DNA of 64,000 nucleotides from Planctomycetaceae bacterium (GTDB lineage: Bacteria > Planctomycetota > Planctomycetia > Pirellulales > UBA1268). A program made the position numbers and the translations under genes. The notes below the pieces were generated by a model. It saw only the letters and a list, made by a program, of their open reading frames with translations, ran no database searches and was not told the origin of the DNA. The DNA lies in NCBI GenBank assembly GCA_046075685.1, contig JBJTQP010000224.1, forward strand, positions 310 to 64,309. The letters are read 5' to 3'. Within the stretch, counting starts at the first letter, position 1; every line of letters starts with the position of its first letter. Shown piece after piece: positions 37,225-46,742 of this stretch.

Positions 37225-38154
37225 TCAATCACCGCTCGGGGGCTCGTATTCGAAGTCCTTCCACTTCATGGCGCGGCGGAAGGGCTCGATGCGGAGCACC
37301 ACCTCGCCGTTCTGGAAGATCCGCACGGTGCCGCTCGTCTCGCTCACGGCCACGGCCACGCTCTTCGTCCGCCGGGTGACGGCGGCGGCGGCCCAGTGGC
37401 GGGCGCCGAGGCCCTTCGACACCGACACGTTCTCGGCCGAGGCGTCGATGTAGCGGGCCGCCGCCTCGACCGTGCCGTCGGGGCCGATCACGAACGCGCC
37501 GTCGAGCTGCGCGATCTCCTTGAGCCCCTCGCGGACGCGGGGATCGGTGAGCCGACGCTCCGAGCGGCTGTAGCCGCGGACGGGATCGAAGCCCGCCGAG
37601 TGGCTCGACTGGATCACCTTTCGCGTGTCGCCGACCACGAACAGGGTGCCCACCGGCTTGCCCTCGCGGCCCTCGCGGCCGATCTCGACGGCGAGGTCGA
37701 CGACCAGCTTCAGCGTCTCCAGCGGCACCTTGGTCTCCAGGTTCCGCAGGTCGCGGACCGTCAGCTGCCCAAGGTGCTCGGCCAGCCTCAGCAGGCTCAC
37801 CGAGTCGATCGTGCCGGCCTCGAAGCCGCTGTAGACGGCGACGACCTGGGCCTCGGGCGGCACCAGTTCGGCGGCCACGCACTCCAGCAGCGCCTGGGCG
37901 AGCCGCTCGTGCACGGGCAGCCCGGCCACGTCGAGCGTGACCGGCTTGAGCCCATGCTCTGCGGCGCCATCGAGGTGGGCCGCATCGTCGGCGGCCACCA
38001 GCACGGAGCCCGCATGCACGATCTCTCTGACGTGCGGCCACTCCAGCCGCTCCTCCACGAGCAGCAGCACCGCCTCGGCCGCCGTCGCCTCGACGAGCCG
38101 CGCGGCCGCGTCGAGAAGCCTCGCGAGTTGCGGAGTGACGTCAGCGCCGGCCAT
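37225..38154 (-). CDS. DisA_N/DAC-domain protein (putative diadenylate cyclase) with an uncharacterised N-terminal domain of about 150 aa
   Basis: The C-terminal half is collinear with DAC domains: GTLFVVGD ... LDGAFVIGPDGTVEAAARY ... GLGARHWAAA ... AVAVSETSGTVRIFQNG. There is no TM segment. Confidence 0.65.
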   Translation of the reverse strand: MAGADVTPQLARLLDAAARLVEATAAEAVLLLVEERLEWPHVREIVHAGSVLVAADDAAHLDGAAEHGLKPVTLDVAGLPVHERLAQALLECVAAELVPPEAQVVAVYSGFEAGTIDSVSLLRLAEHLGQLTVRDLRNLETKVPLETLKLVVDLAVEIGREGREGKPVGTLFVVGDTRKVIQSSHSAGFDPVRGYSRSERRLTDPRVREGLKEIAQLDGAFVIGPDGTVEAAARYIDASAENVSVSKGLGARHWAAAAVTRRTKSVAVAVSETSGTVRIFQNGEVVLRIEPFRRAMKWKDFEYEPPSGD

Positions 38155-38301
38155 GAGCCCGCTCCCTGCGTGCGGAGAGGCCGCGGGGCGGCAACGCCGC
38201 CCTTCCGATATCAGGGCGGCACAAGCGCGGCATCCGACGCGGAAGCCTACGCACGGGGGGCCGGACCTTCAAGGAGTGCCCGCCCGGCGCGGACTCCCCG
38301 G

Positions 38302-39930
38302 TCAGCGGCGGGTGGTCGAACCGCCCGAGGTTCCCTTCGACGAGTCGGGCTTGTCGGCGATCATCGCCGGCTCGGCCGCCGCCTTCATCGAGCCGCCATA
38401 GGCCGCGATCCCGCCGGGCAGCACGGTGCCCCAGGCCCGCTCCTGGTAGATGTTGAGCGCGTGGAGCGCGTGACCGAGCGGCCCGATCTTCCACTCCCGC
38501 GACGGCTCGCTGAGCAGGGCCGAACAGAGGTACTCGGCCGCGGCCACGATCCGCGGCTCGTAGAGGCGATCCTGGTCGAGCGACCCGACAAGCCACTCCA
38601 GGATGTGCCCGGTCGTCTGGATCTTGCGGTCGATGTCGTCATCGCGGTCGGCCGGATACTTGAACCATTCGGTGCTGAACGAGCCGTCGCCGTTCTGCAG
38701 CTTCGCGAGCGTGAAGTTCTGGTAGTCGCGGACGTACTTGTCGGCCCGCAGGTAGGGGCCGTCGAGCTCGCCGGCCGCCCGGAGCCGCCGCTGGCAGCCG
38801 TAGGCCAGGCCGTAGAGCCGATGCGTGCCGCCGCAGGGCGCCCCGCGGATCGGCTGCACGATCTCCTCCTCGACGAGCCGTGGCAGCGACCACTTCTCCC
38901 CGCTGCGATTCTTCCAGGTGGCGTCGGTGGGCAGGTAGTGCGCCAGGGCGATGAGGGCGAAGGTGAGTTCCGTCTTCGACTTGCAGGACAGCTTCTCCTC
39001 CTCGATCAGATCCGTGACGGTGAACGGCTTCCCCTGCACGGTGAGCGGCGAGTTGGCCGCCACGCGGCACTGCGCGAGGATCGCCAGGTACTGCGCCGAG
39101 TGGCCCTGCACGCCGACGCCCTTGAGGGCCACCACCCGATCGTCGGCGGCTGCCAGCATCACCTGGCCGCGACACGTGCCGCCCATGTTGGACCAGCCGA
39201 TCGCGCTGACAAGGTCACCCGCCGGGCCGCCCACACGGATCTGGGTCGGGATCCCGAAGGCGATGAAGCCGTGCATCACCTCCCACGGGGTGTTCTGCGC
39301 GGTGTTCAAGGGCCGCCGCTGGTAGGTTGCCAGCGTCTGCGCGATGCGGCCACGGAGCCGTTCGAATCGCCGCGTCTTCGGCGGCGGAGCCCCGGTGGCC
39401 TGCAGCCGTGTCACCACCAGCGGAGGCGTCTGCCGCTTCGCGGTGGGCGGCGGCGCGATGACGGCCGTGGTGGGCCGCGGGGTCGGCTTGGGCTTGTAGG
39501 CGGGATTGGTGGCGTCATCGACGACCTTCGTGGCGACATCCTTGAGCCGCGATCCCGCCTCGACGGCGTCGGCCCACGTGGGCGTCCGCTGGGCCGCGGT
39601 TCCGGTGGTCGCGGTCGACTTCTTGGCCGGCGGCTTCGCTCGTGCCTGTCGTGCCGCCGCCAGGCGGTTCGCCTCCTCCTGGGTCGGCGGCTGGGGCAGG
39701 GCGATGAACGAGGGCGTCGGCTCCACCTTCTTGAGCAGGCCGTCGATGAACCGGCCCGGCCCGGAGCGACCTCGGCCGGGAGGCGCCGCATCGCCCTGGC
39801 GGGATCCCGACGTGGCCACGCAGCAGGCGGCCAGGACCACCACGAGCAGGCTGCCCCACTGAGGGCGAACCAGCCGAACGGCCCTCGGGAGACACGAGGA
39901 CGCCGGAGTAGGGGCGTGATGGCTGGGCAT
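38302..39930 (-). CDS. Secreted protein with a terpenoid-cyclase/prenyltransferase-like alpha-alpha-toroid repeat signature; function unknown
   Basis: It has an N-terminal signal-like helix (WGSLLVVVLAACCVA), a Pro/Ala/Lys-rich linker and a C-terminal domain with the QW-like repeat LQNGDGSFSTEWF. The fold call is tentative. Confidence 0.5.
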   Translation of the reverse strand: MPSHHAPTPASSCLPRAVRLVRPQWGSLLVVVLAACCVATSGSRQGDAAPPGRGRSGPGRFIDGLLKKVEPTPSFIALPQPPTQEEANRLAAARQARAKPPAKKSTATTGTAAQRTPTWADAVEAGSRLKDVATKVVDDATNPAYKPKPTPRPTTAVIAPPPTAKRQTPPLVVTRLQATGAPPPKTRRFERLRGRIAQTLATYQRRPLNTAQNTPWEVMHGFIAFGIPTQIRVGGPAGDLVSAIGWSNMGGTCRGQVMLAAADDRVVALKGVGVQGHSAQYLAILAQCRVAANSPLTVQGKPFTVTDLIEEEKLSCKSKTELTFALIALAHYLPTDATWKNRSGEKWSLPRLVEEEIVQPIRGAPCGGTHRLYGLAYGCQRRLRAAGELDGPYLRADKYVRDYQNFTLAKLQNGDGSFSTEWFKYPADRDDDIDRKIQTTGHILEWLVGSLDQDRLYEPRIVAAAEYLCSALLSEPSREWKIGPLGHALHALNIYQERAWGTVLPGGIAAYGGSMKAAAEPAMIADKPDSSKGTSGGSTTRR

Positions 39931-40146
39931 TGCGGGCTTCGGTCGGGAACGGCACACGGTCGCGTGTTCGGGGTATCGACCGCCCTGACGCAGGAATCAT
40001 GGCGGCCGTCGACGAAGCCCCGAGGGTTTCGGCAACCTGCCAACGCGTACCAGGTTGCCCCGTTTCACATGCGGCGAGCCGAGCAACGGCCGCCGCATGC
40101 GCACCGTCGGGGCTGCAGGCCGCCAGCCCGCAGCAGATCAACGCGG

Positions 40147-40175
40147 ATTCCGCGGGCTGCAAGCCCGCGGCTACG
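40147..40175. repeat. REP-like palindrome, type A (attccgcgggctgcaagcccgcggctacg)
   Basis: The core is a perfect 9-bp stem, ccgcgggct/agcccgcgg. It is near-identical to 47163..47191, and a half copy (gattccgcaggctgca) lies at 40190..40205. It sits downstream of the HEAT-repeat gene. Confidence 0.9.
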
Positions 40176-40223
40176 AGATCAGTCCCCGCGATTCCGCAGG
40201 CTGCACCACGCCGACCCAGCCGA

Positions 40224-40925
40224 TCAGAACAACTGCCGGAAGCCCTCGGCGATCGTCCATTCGGCGGCCGTACCGTCCGGATCGGCGGCCCATTCCCGCC
40301 ATTTGTTGACGTCGTCGCCCAGATCGCGGCCGCTCACTTTTTTCAGCGCCGCGACGGCGCGGTATTGCACCGCAGGATCGGGGTCCTCGAGCGCCTTGGC
40401 CAGGACGGGCACCGCCTCCTTGTCGCCCAGTTCACCCAACTCCCTCAGGGCCCGCAGGCGGACGTCGATCTCCCGGTCGGTGCGGTAGCGCGTGGAGAGC
40501 TGCTCGACGGCCTCAGACCCGCCGCGTTTTCGCCAGGCCGAGCAGGCGGCCATCCGCACCCGCTCGTCCGGATCCTCGAGGGCTCCGGCACAGATGGCCT
40601 TCGCGGCGGGCGTGTCGAAATCGGCCGCCGTCTGCAGGATCACGCTCCGCACGCGGGCATCGTGCTCGCTGAGAATCTCGTCCGCGAGCGTGCGGGTGAA
40701 CTCGACCTGATCGGCGTGGCCGCCGGCCTTGGCCCGCTTCGACTCCGCGGCCAGTTCCTCGATCCGCTGCTCGGCCGTGGGCCCGTATTTCCGCTCCTCG
40801 GCGAGGGCTTTCTGGCTCGTCGTCAGCTTTTTCCAGGTGCTGCACCCCGCCAGCGGGAGGCAGCTCACCGCCACGATCACGCAGACCGCCGCCCGCGAAA
40901 GGCACATCAGGGTCATGCCGCGCAT
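40224..40925 (-). CDS. HEAT-repeat lipoprotein
   Basis: Track ORF trimmed to MRGMTLMCLSRAAVCVIVAVSCLPLAGC (lipobox). It has repeated LEDPD(E/P)xVRxxA HEAT-like units. Confidence 0.7.
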   Translation of the reverse strand: MRGMTLMCLSRAAVCVIVAVSCLPLAGCSTWKKLTTSQKALAEERKYGPTAEQRIEELAAESKRAKAGGHADQVEFTRTLADEILSEHDARVRSVILQTAADFDTPAAKAICAGALEDPDERVRMAACSAWRKRGGSEAVEQLSTRYRTDREIDVRLRALRELGELGDKEAVPVLAKALEDPDPAVQYRAVAALKKVSGRDLGDDVNKWREWAADPDGTAAEWTIAEGFRQLF

Positions 40926-41034
40926 CTCGACCGGCCTCCGGAGGGGGCGGGAGACTAGCGGCCGGTCACCCGAGGGTGAAGGCCAGCCTTGACTGGCCTT
41001 CCCTCGTGTGGGGCGACCTGCTTGCATTGCCCAC

Positions 41035-42237
41035 ATGCCACGGCTTTCCCCGTCCCTCGCGTGCCCGTTCCTCGTCTGCCTGTCTCTCTCAACGGCCCGG
41101 CCCTCCACCGCGACCGCGGCGACGGAGCAGGTTGCGGCGCCGGCATCCGGCCCGTGGGAACGCATCACCGTGCGCGGTGACTCCGGCGAGCGTGCCGTGG
41201 AGGGCGAAATCGTCGTCGCGGCGGCGGACGGCGGGGTGCTGCTCGCCCGTGCCGACGGCCGCTACGAGCTCCTGCAGCCGGGCGAGATCGTGTCGCGTGA
41301 ACCGACCGCCGCCGAGACCCCGGCGGAGCCGGCCCGGGAACTCGCCGCCAGGATCGTCGCCGACCTGCCGCCCGGCTTCGAGGTGCACCTGACGCGGCAT
41401 TACATCGTCTGCTTCGACACGTCCCGCGAGTACGCGCGGTGGTGCGCGGCCCTGTTCGAACGGGTGCACGACGCCTTCATCAACGTCTGGACCAAGGCCG
41501 GCCTCGCAGTGGCCCCGCCGGCACGGCCGCTGGTGGTGGTGATCTTCGCCGATCGGGCAGCCTACGAGGCGCACGCCGCCCGCGACCTCGGCGCGGCCGC
41601 CGACCGGGTCGTGGGCTACTACAACCTGCTGACGAATCGCGTCACCACGTTCGACCTCACCGGCACCGACGACCTCCGGCCGGCCTCCGGAAACGGACGC
41701 CGCGGCTCGGCGGCCGACATCATGGCCAGCCCCGCCGCGGCGGCCCTCGTCTCGACGCTCGTTCACGAGGCGACCCACCAGATGGCCTTCACCTGCGGCA
41801 TGCACCGGCGGCTCGCTCCGATCCCGCTCTGGCTCAGCGAGGGCATCGCGACCTGCTTCGAGACGCCGGACCTCGGCAACGACCGGGGCTGGCGCGGCCT
41901 CGGGGCCGTCAATCGACCGCGGCTCGACCGCTTTCTCGCCAGCCATCGCCCCGGTGACATCGCGGCGATCGTCTCCGATGACGCGAGGTTCCGGTCGCCC
42001 GACGCCCCGCTCGACGCCTACGCGGCCGCCTGGGCCCTGACCCGTCACCTGCTCGACACCCGCAAGGCCGCCCTCGTCGATTACCTGCGGATCCAGGCCG
42101 CCAAGCAGCCGCTGGCCGCCGACTCGCCGGCGCAGAGGCTGGCCGACTTCGAGGCGGCGTTCGGCACGACGCCCGCGGCCATCGAGGCCGAACTGGTCAA
42201 GTCGATGGCGCGGCTGGCGTCGCGGTCTCCGCGGTGA
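41035..42237 (+). CDS. DUF1570-like secreted protein (putative zinc peptidase-like, HExxH)
   Basis: It has a signal-like N-terminus, TLVHEATHQMAF (HExxH) and a downstream WLSEGIA segment. This architecture is typical of planctomycete DUF1570 proteins, as far as I can recognise without a search. Confidence 0.6.
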   Translation: MPRLSPSLACPFLVCLSLSTARPSTATAATEQVAAPASGPWERITVRGDSGERAVEGEIVVAAADGGVLLARADGRYELLQPGEIVSREPTAAETPAEPARELAARIVADLPPGFEVHLTRHYIVCFDTSREYARWCAALFERVHDAFINVWTKAGLAVAPPARPLVVVIFADRAAYEAHAARDLGAAADRVVGYYNLLTNRVTTFDLTGTDDLRPASGNGRRGSAADIMASPAAAALVSTLVHEATHQMAFTCGMHRRLAPIPLWLSEGIATCFETPDLGNDRGWRGLGAVNRPRLDRFLASHRPGDIAAIVSDDARFRSPDAPLDAYAAAWALTRHLLDTRKAALVDYLRIQAAKQPLAADSPAQRLADFEAAFGTTPAAIEAELVKSMARLASRSPR

Positions 42238-42325
42238 CGGCCGGATTGGTACATTTGCGCGGGGCCGGCCGTGAGCTGCCGGCCGCTGGCTGCACGCGTC
42301 CTTCACTCGACGGAGGCACTGTCGC

Positions 42326-43486
42326 ATGACTCCTTCACGCACCCCGACGACGGCACCCCGGCTCGACCGCCGGGAGTTCCTCCAGGGATCGATCCGCGGA
42401 TCGATCGCCGCAGCCGCCGCGGCCGCATGTCCCGCGGGCGCCTTCGCAGGCGGCAGCGACTCGATCAAAGTCGGGCTGGTGGGCTGCGGCGGACGCGGCG
42501 TGGGCGCTGCGGCGCAGGCCGCGGCGGCCGATCCGGCCGTCCAGATCGTGGCGCTCGGCGACATGTTCCGGGACCAGGTCGGGCGGGCCGCCGAGACGCT
42601 GTCTGCGACGCACGGCAGGCAGTTTGCCCCCGCCTGCCTGCTCCACGGACCTGATGCGGGCGAACTCGTGATCCAGGCCGACGTCGATGCCGTGATCCTG
42701 GCCACGCCGCCCTGCTTCCGGCCTTCCGAGATCGCGGCAGCCGTGCGGGCGGGCCGGCACGTCTATGCGGAGCCGCCGATCGGCGTGGACGAGCAGGGAA
42801 TCCTCACCGCCGCCGAACTGGTGGCCACGGGCCTGCGCCTCGGACTGTCGCTCGCGGGCGGGCTTCACTCCCGGCACCACGAACCGGCGCGGTCGGCGGT
42901 CGCCGGGGTGGCCGCAGGCGGGATCGGCCGCCCGCTTCGCGGGATCGCCATCCATCGCCTCGGCCTGCCGTGGCGGCGTGCCGACACGGACGATCTCCTG
43001 CGCAACTGGATCCACCACGAGCAGGTGTCGGGCGGCCCGCTTCTCTGGCATCACCTGCATGCGCTCGATCGAGTGCACTGGGCCCTCGGCGAGCCGGCGC
43101 CGCTCGCCGCCGTCGCCCTCGCGGCGGACGCTGTGCTGCCGCAGCCGGCTGGCGGCCGCCAGGAGCCGACGGTGCGGATCACGTGTGCGGGCGGCGTGAC
43201 GCTCGACGTGGGCGTCGTGCGCCGCGCGGGCATCGACGACGGCATCGTGGAGGCCGTCGTCGGCGAAGCCGGCACGCTCGATCTTCGCAAGCAGGCGGGC
43301 GTTGGCGGCCACGCCGCAAGCATGGCGTCGTTCATCCGCTCCCTGCGGGGCGGGCCCCGCACCGATCTGGCGGCCGCATGCCGCAGCACCCGACTGGCGA
43401 GCCTGGTTCGCGCCGCAGCCGCAGCGGGCGGCGAGACCATCCCCTGGAATCGCGACCCGTGGACCGGCGACGGGGTCGCGGCCTGA
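42326..43486 (+). CDS. Tat-exported Gfo/Idh/MocA family oxidoreductase
   Basis: It has the twin-arginine signal LDRREFLQGSI followed by the Rossmann motif IKVGLVGCGGRG. Confidence 0.8.
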   Translation: MTPSRTPTTAPRLDRREFLQGSIRGSIAAAAAAACPAGAFAGGSDSIKVGLVGCGGRGVGAAAQAAAADPAVQIVALGDMFRDQVGRAAETLSATHGRQFAPACLLHGPDAGELVIQADVDAVILATPPCFRPSEIAAAVRAGRHVYAEPPIGVDEQGILTAAELVATGLRLGLSLAGGLHSRHHEPARSAVAGVAAGGIGRPLRGIAIHRLGLPWRRADTDDLLRNWIHHEQVSGGPLLWHHLHALDRVHWALGEPAPLAAVALAADAVLPQPAGGRQEPTVRITCAGGVTLDVGVVRRAGIDDGIVEAVVGEAGTLDLRKQAGVGGHAASMASFIRSLRGGPRTDLAAACRSTRLASLVRAAAAAGGETIPWNRDPWTGDGVAA

Positions 43487-43682
43487 AGGACGCCCGCGCC
43501 GGCGGAGATCGCCCGGAGCCCGACGGCACGCCCGCACGACCGATACAATCGGCAGGAGTGTCATGCCGCCGGAGCGGGCGGGCCGATGACGAGAAGGCGG
43601 CCTGGATCGGAGGCGTGCGGCCGTCGGCTGCGCTGCCGCTGCCGGAGCCCTTGGGCCGGGCGCGTGCGGGGAAGGGAGTTCG

Positions 43683-45056
43683 ATGGCGACGACGAACCCG
43701 ACGGTGTACAGGCTCACCATCGCCCTGGTGGTGTTCGTGCTGCTCACGTTCATCCTCACGATCACGACATACCTGTTCTTCAAGCAGCGGTCGGACGAGC
43801 AGGCCAAGGCCCTCGTCGCCGAGAAGGCCACGTCCGACAAACAGGCGGCCCTCAATGCCGCGGAGCAGGAGAACCGCCGGCTCCGCGAACTCATCGGGGC
43901 GGCCGAGGGCGCCACCCTGGAGACGGTCGAGACCGATCTCAACAACCTGTTCACAAAGGACTTCGCGGGCTTCAACGAGGAGCCCAAGTCCTACGGCAGG
44001 CTGGTGGCATGGCTGCGGGCGGAGTTTCAGCGGCGGGCGGCGGATGCGAAGGCGGCCGAGACGAAGCTCGCCGACTCGGCGAAGGCGGTGACGGCAGCCA
44101 GCAAGGACGTGGAGGCGGCCCGCCAGGACGCCGACAAGCGGGTCGGCGAGGCCCGCGACGAGCAGGCGACGCAGAAGAAGGAATACGACGACGCGCGGGC
44201 CACCCTCGAAAAGGAGAAGAACGACCTGCTCGCCCAGAAGCAGAAGGCCGAGGCCGAATCGACGCAGCTCGCGGGCCTCATCAAGGCGATCGGGATGCTG
44301 CAGGACGACGTTCCCTCCAAGAAAGACAAGTTCGCGGCCGCGCCGCCGGAACAGCGGCTGGAAATCCTGCGGAGCGAGATCATCGACCTGCGCAAGACCA
44401 TCCGGCAGCACAACGACGAACTGAAGGTGTTGCGAGCCTCGAAGCCGGAGGACCGCGTCATCGCCTTCGACGGCCACATCGCCACGGTGGACGCGGGCGA
44501 ACGGAGCGTGACGATCGTCTGCCCGACGACCCGCACTGCCCGGCCGGGCATGGAGCTCCGCGTGTTCCGTCCCGACATCCCGAATCCGAAGAATGCCGAC
44601 AGCAAGGCCACGCTCGTCGTGACGCGGATCGAGGGTGATTCGCGGCTTCGCGCGGCCATCCGCGGCGACGCGCCCGAGAATCCGATCATCCCCGGCGATG
44701 CCGTGGCCTCGAGCCTGTGGAATCCCGGGCCGATGGAGATCGCGGTGGTGGGCAGTCTCAACGTGGGCCGCGGGGCCGGCCCCGAAGACCGGGCCTGGCT
44801 CACGCGACGGATCGATGCCGCCGGGGGAAGCGTCTCCGCTGCGGTGACGTCCACGACGGCGTTCGTTCTCGACGGGGGTGACGCGCCGACTCCCGCCGAA
44901 ACGCCGGACGACGAGCCGACCAGGCAGCTCCGCTCCCAGCGGGAGTCGGCGCTGCGGGACGCCAAGAAATACGGCATCCCGGTCGGCGGGATCGACACGC
45001 TCGCCGACCTCCTCGGGCTCACGCCCGCGGATCTGGTGGCCACCCCGCGCCGCTGA
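43683..45056 (+). CDS. Membrane-anchored coiled-coil protein of unknown function
   Basis: It has an N-terminal TM helix (YRLTIALVVFVLLTFILTITTYLFF), about 230 aa of heptad-like charged sequence and a C-terminal globular region of about 200 aa. A GGGAG motif lies about 8 nt upstream of the ATG. Confidence 0.6.
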   Translation: MATTNPTVYRLTIALVVFVLLTFILTITTYLFFKQRSDEQAKALVAEKATSDKQAALNAAEQENRRLRELIGAAEGATLETVETDLNNLFTKDFAGFNEEPKSYGRLVAWLRAEFQRRAADAKAAETKLADSAKAVTAASKDVEAARQDADKRVGEARDEQATQKKEYDDARATLEKEKNDLLAQKQKAEAESTQLAGLIKAIGMLQDDVPSKKDKFAAAPPEQRLEILRSEIIDLRKTIRQHNDELKVLRASKPEDRVIAFDGHIATVDAGERSVTIVCPTTRTARPGMELRVFRPDIPNPKNADSKATLVVTRIEGDSRLRAAIRGDAPENPIIPGDAVASSLWNPGPMEIAVVGSLNVGRGAGPEDRAWLTRRIDAAGGSVSAAVTSTTAFVLDGGDAPTPAETPDDEPTRQLRSQRESALRDAKKYGIPVGGIDTLADLLGLTPADLVATPRR

Positions 45057-45145
45057 GCCTCACGGCGTCCGATGTCGCGACCCGGGCAGCGGTGGCATAA
45101 TGCCGCGGCGCCGCCGCAGCGTGGCTCCCCCCGGAGGTCCCCGTC

Positions 45146-46726
45146 ATGTCCGTGCCTGAACGTCGTCCGTGTGCCGTGGCCCTGCTGTGCGGCATGGCGG
45201 CCGTGCTGATGCTCGTCGCCCGCGCCCCGATCGCCCGCGCCGACGAGCCCGGGGTGCCGATCTTCAACGGCACGACGCTCGAGGGCTGGGAAGGTCGGCC
45301 GGGGTTCTGGAGGGTCGAGGATGGCGCGATCGTCGGCGAGACCACGGCCGAGAACCCCACGCAGGGCAACACGTTCCTGATCTGGCGGCAGGGGCTCGTC
45401 GACGACTTCGACCTCACGCTCCGGTACCGGATCACGGGCACGCCCAAGGCCAACAGCGGCATCCAGTACCGGAGCCGCGACCGCGGCGAGTTCGTGGTCA
45501 GCGGCTACCAGGCCGACTTCGAAGCCGGCCCGACCTACTCGGGCATCGTCTACGAGGAGAAGGGTCGCGGCATCCTCTGCCAGCGCGGCCAGCGGGCCAC
45601 GATCGCCGCCGACGGTGGCCAGCAGGCCGGTGAACCGATCGGCGACACCGACGAACTCCAGAAGACGATCAGGCCCGGCGAGTGGAACGACTACCGCATC
45701 GTGGCCCGCGGGCCGCGGCTGCAGCACTTCATCAACGGGCAGCTGATGTCGGAGGTGCTCGACGAGCAGGCCGACAAGCGGTCGCTGCAGGGCATCCTCG
45801 CGCTGCAACTCCACGCCGGGCCGCCGATGAAAGTCGAGTTCAAGGACATCCGCCTCGCGCGGCTGAAGCTTGCGGATGATCGCAGGAAGCTCGTGCTGGT
45901 GGCGGGCACGCCGAGCCACGGCCGGGGAGAGCACGAGCATCGGGCCGGCGTGATGCTCGCGGAGAAGTGTCTCGACGCGCACTTCGCCGGCGAGCCGCTG
46001 CCCCGGCTGGTGACCGAAACCTACACCGGCGGCTGGCCCACAGACCCCACCGCCTTCGACAACGCCGACGCGATCTTCTTCTTCGCCGACGGCGGCGGCG
46101 GCCATCCGGTGCTGCAGAGCAATCGCCTCGCCCAGGTCGATGCCCTGGCGAAGCGGGGCGTCGGCATCGCCTGCCTCCACTACGCCGTGGAGGTGCCCAA
46201 GGAGAAGGGCGGGCCCGAGTTTCTCAACTGGCTGGGGGGGTATTTCGAGCCGCACTGGTCGGTGAACCCGCACTGGACCCTCGCGGACACACAGGTCGCC
46301 GAGGGCCACCCGATCGTCCGCGGCGTGAAGCCCTTCGTGACCAACGACGAGTGGTACTACCACATGCGGTTTCGCGAGCCGCCGGAGGGCCTGACGATGA
46401 TCCTCACGGCCGTGCCGCCCGACGACACCCGCACAGGGGCGGATCACTCCCACCACGGCAATCCGGTCGTTCGTGCCGGCAAGGGCGACCGCGAGACGCT
46501 CGCCTGGGCCTACGAGCGGCCGGGCGGCGGCCGGGGATTCGGCTGCACCGGAGCGCACTTCCACCGCAACTGGGCGAACGACGACTTCCGCACGATGATG
46601 CTCAACGCCCTCGCCTGGACGGCCGGCCTCGAAGTCCCGGCAGGCGGCATTCCCTCGGCGGTGTCGGCCGACGACCTCGCGGCCAATCTTGACGAGTGGG
46701 ATGAGCAGCGATCGCGTAAAAAGTAG
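45146..46726 (+). CDS. Secreted DUF1080 (3-keto-disaccharide hydrolase-like) / ThuA-like fusion protein
   Basis: The N-terminal half reads PIFNGTTLEGWEG ... FWRVEDGAIVG ... NSGIQYR ... ALQLHAGPPMKVEFKDIRL (DUF1080 pattern). The C-terminal half reads LVLVAG ... HEHRAG ... DAIFFFADGGGGHP (ThuA-like pattern). Confidence 0.7.
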   Translation: MSVPERRPCAVALLCGMAAVLMLVARAPIARADEPGVPIFNGTTLEGWEGRPGFWRVEDGAIVGETTAENPTQGNTFLIWRQGLVDDFDLTLRYRITGTPKANSGIQYRSRDRGEFVVSGYQADFEAGPTYSGIVYEEKGRGILCQRGQRATIAADGGQQAGEPIGDTDELQKTIRPGEWNDYRIVARGPRLQHFINGQLMSEVLDEQADKRSLQGILALQLHAGPPMKVEFKDIRLARLKLADDRRKLVLVAGTPSHGRGEHEHRAGVMLAEKCLDAHFAGEPLPRLVTETYTGGWPTDPTAFDNADAIFFFADGGGGHPVLQSNRLAQVDALAKRGVGIACLHYAVEVPKEKGGPEFLNWLGGYFEPHWSVNPHWTLADTQVAEGHPIVRGVKPFVTNDEWYYHMRFREPPEGLTMILTAVPPDDTRTGADHSHHGNPVVRAGKGDRETLAWAYERPGGGRGFGCTGAHFHRNWANDDFRTMMLNALAWTAGLEVPAGGIPSAVSADDLAANLDEWDEQRSRKK

Positions 46727-46742
46727 CCCCCGGAGACAACCG

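Noticed and set aside
37099-40488. 1129-aa plus-strand ORF
   Set aside because: It is antisense to the DAC-domain gene, the secreted toroid-like gene and part of the HEAT gene. It is Arg/Gly/Pro-rich.
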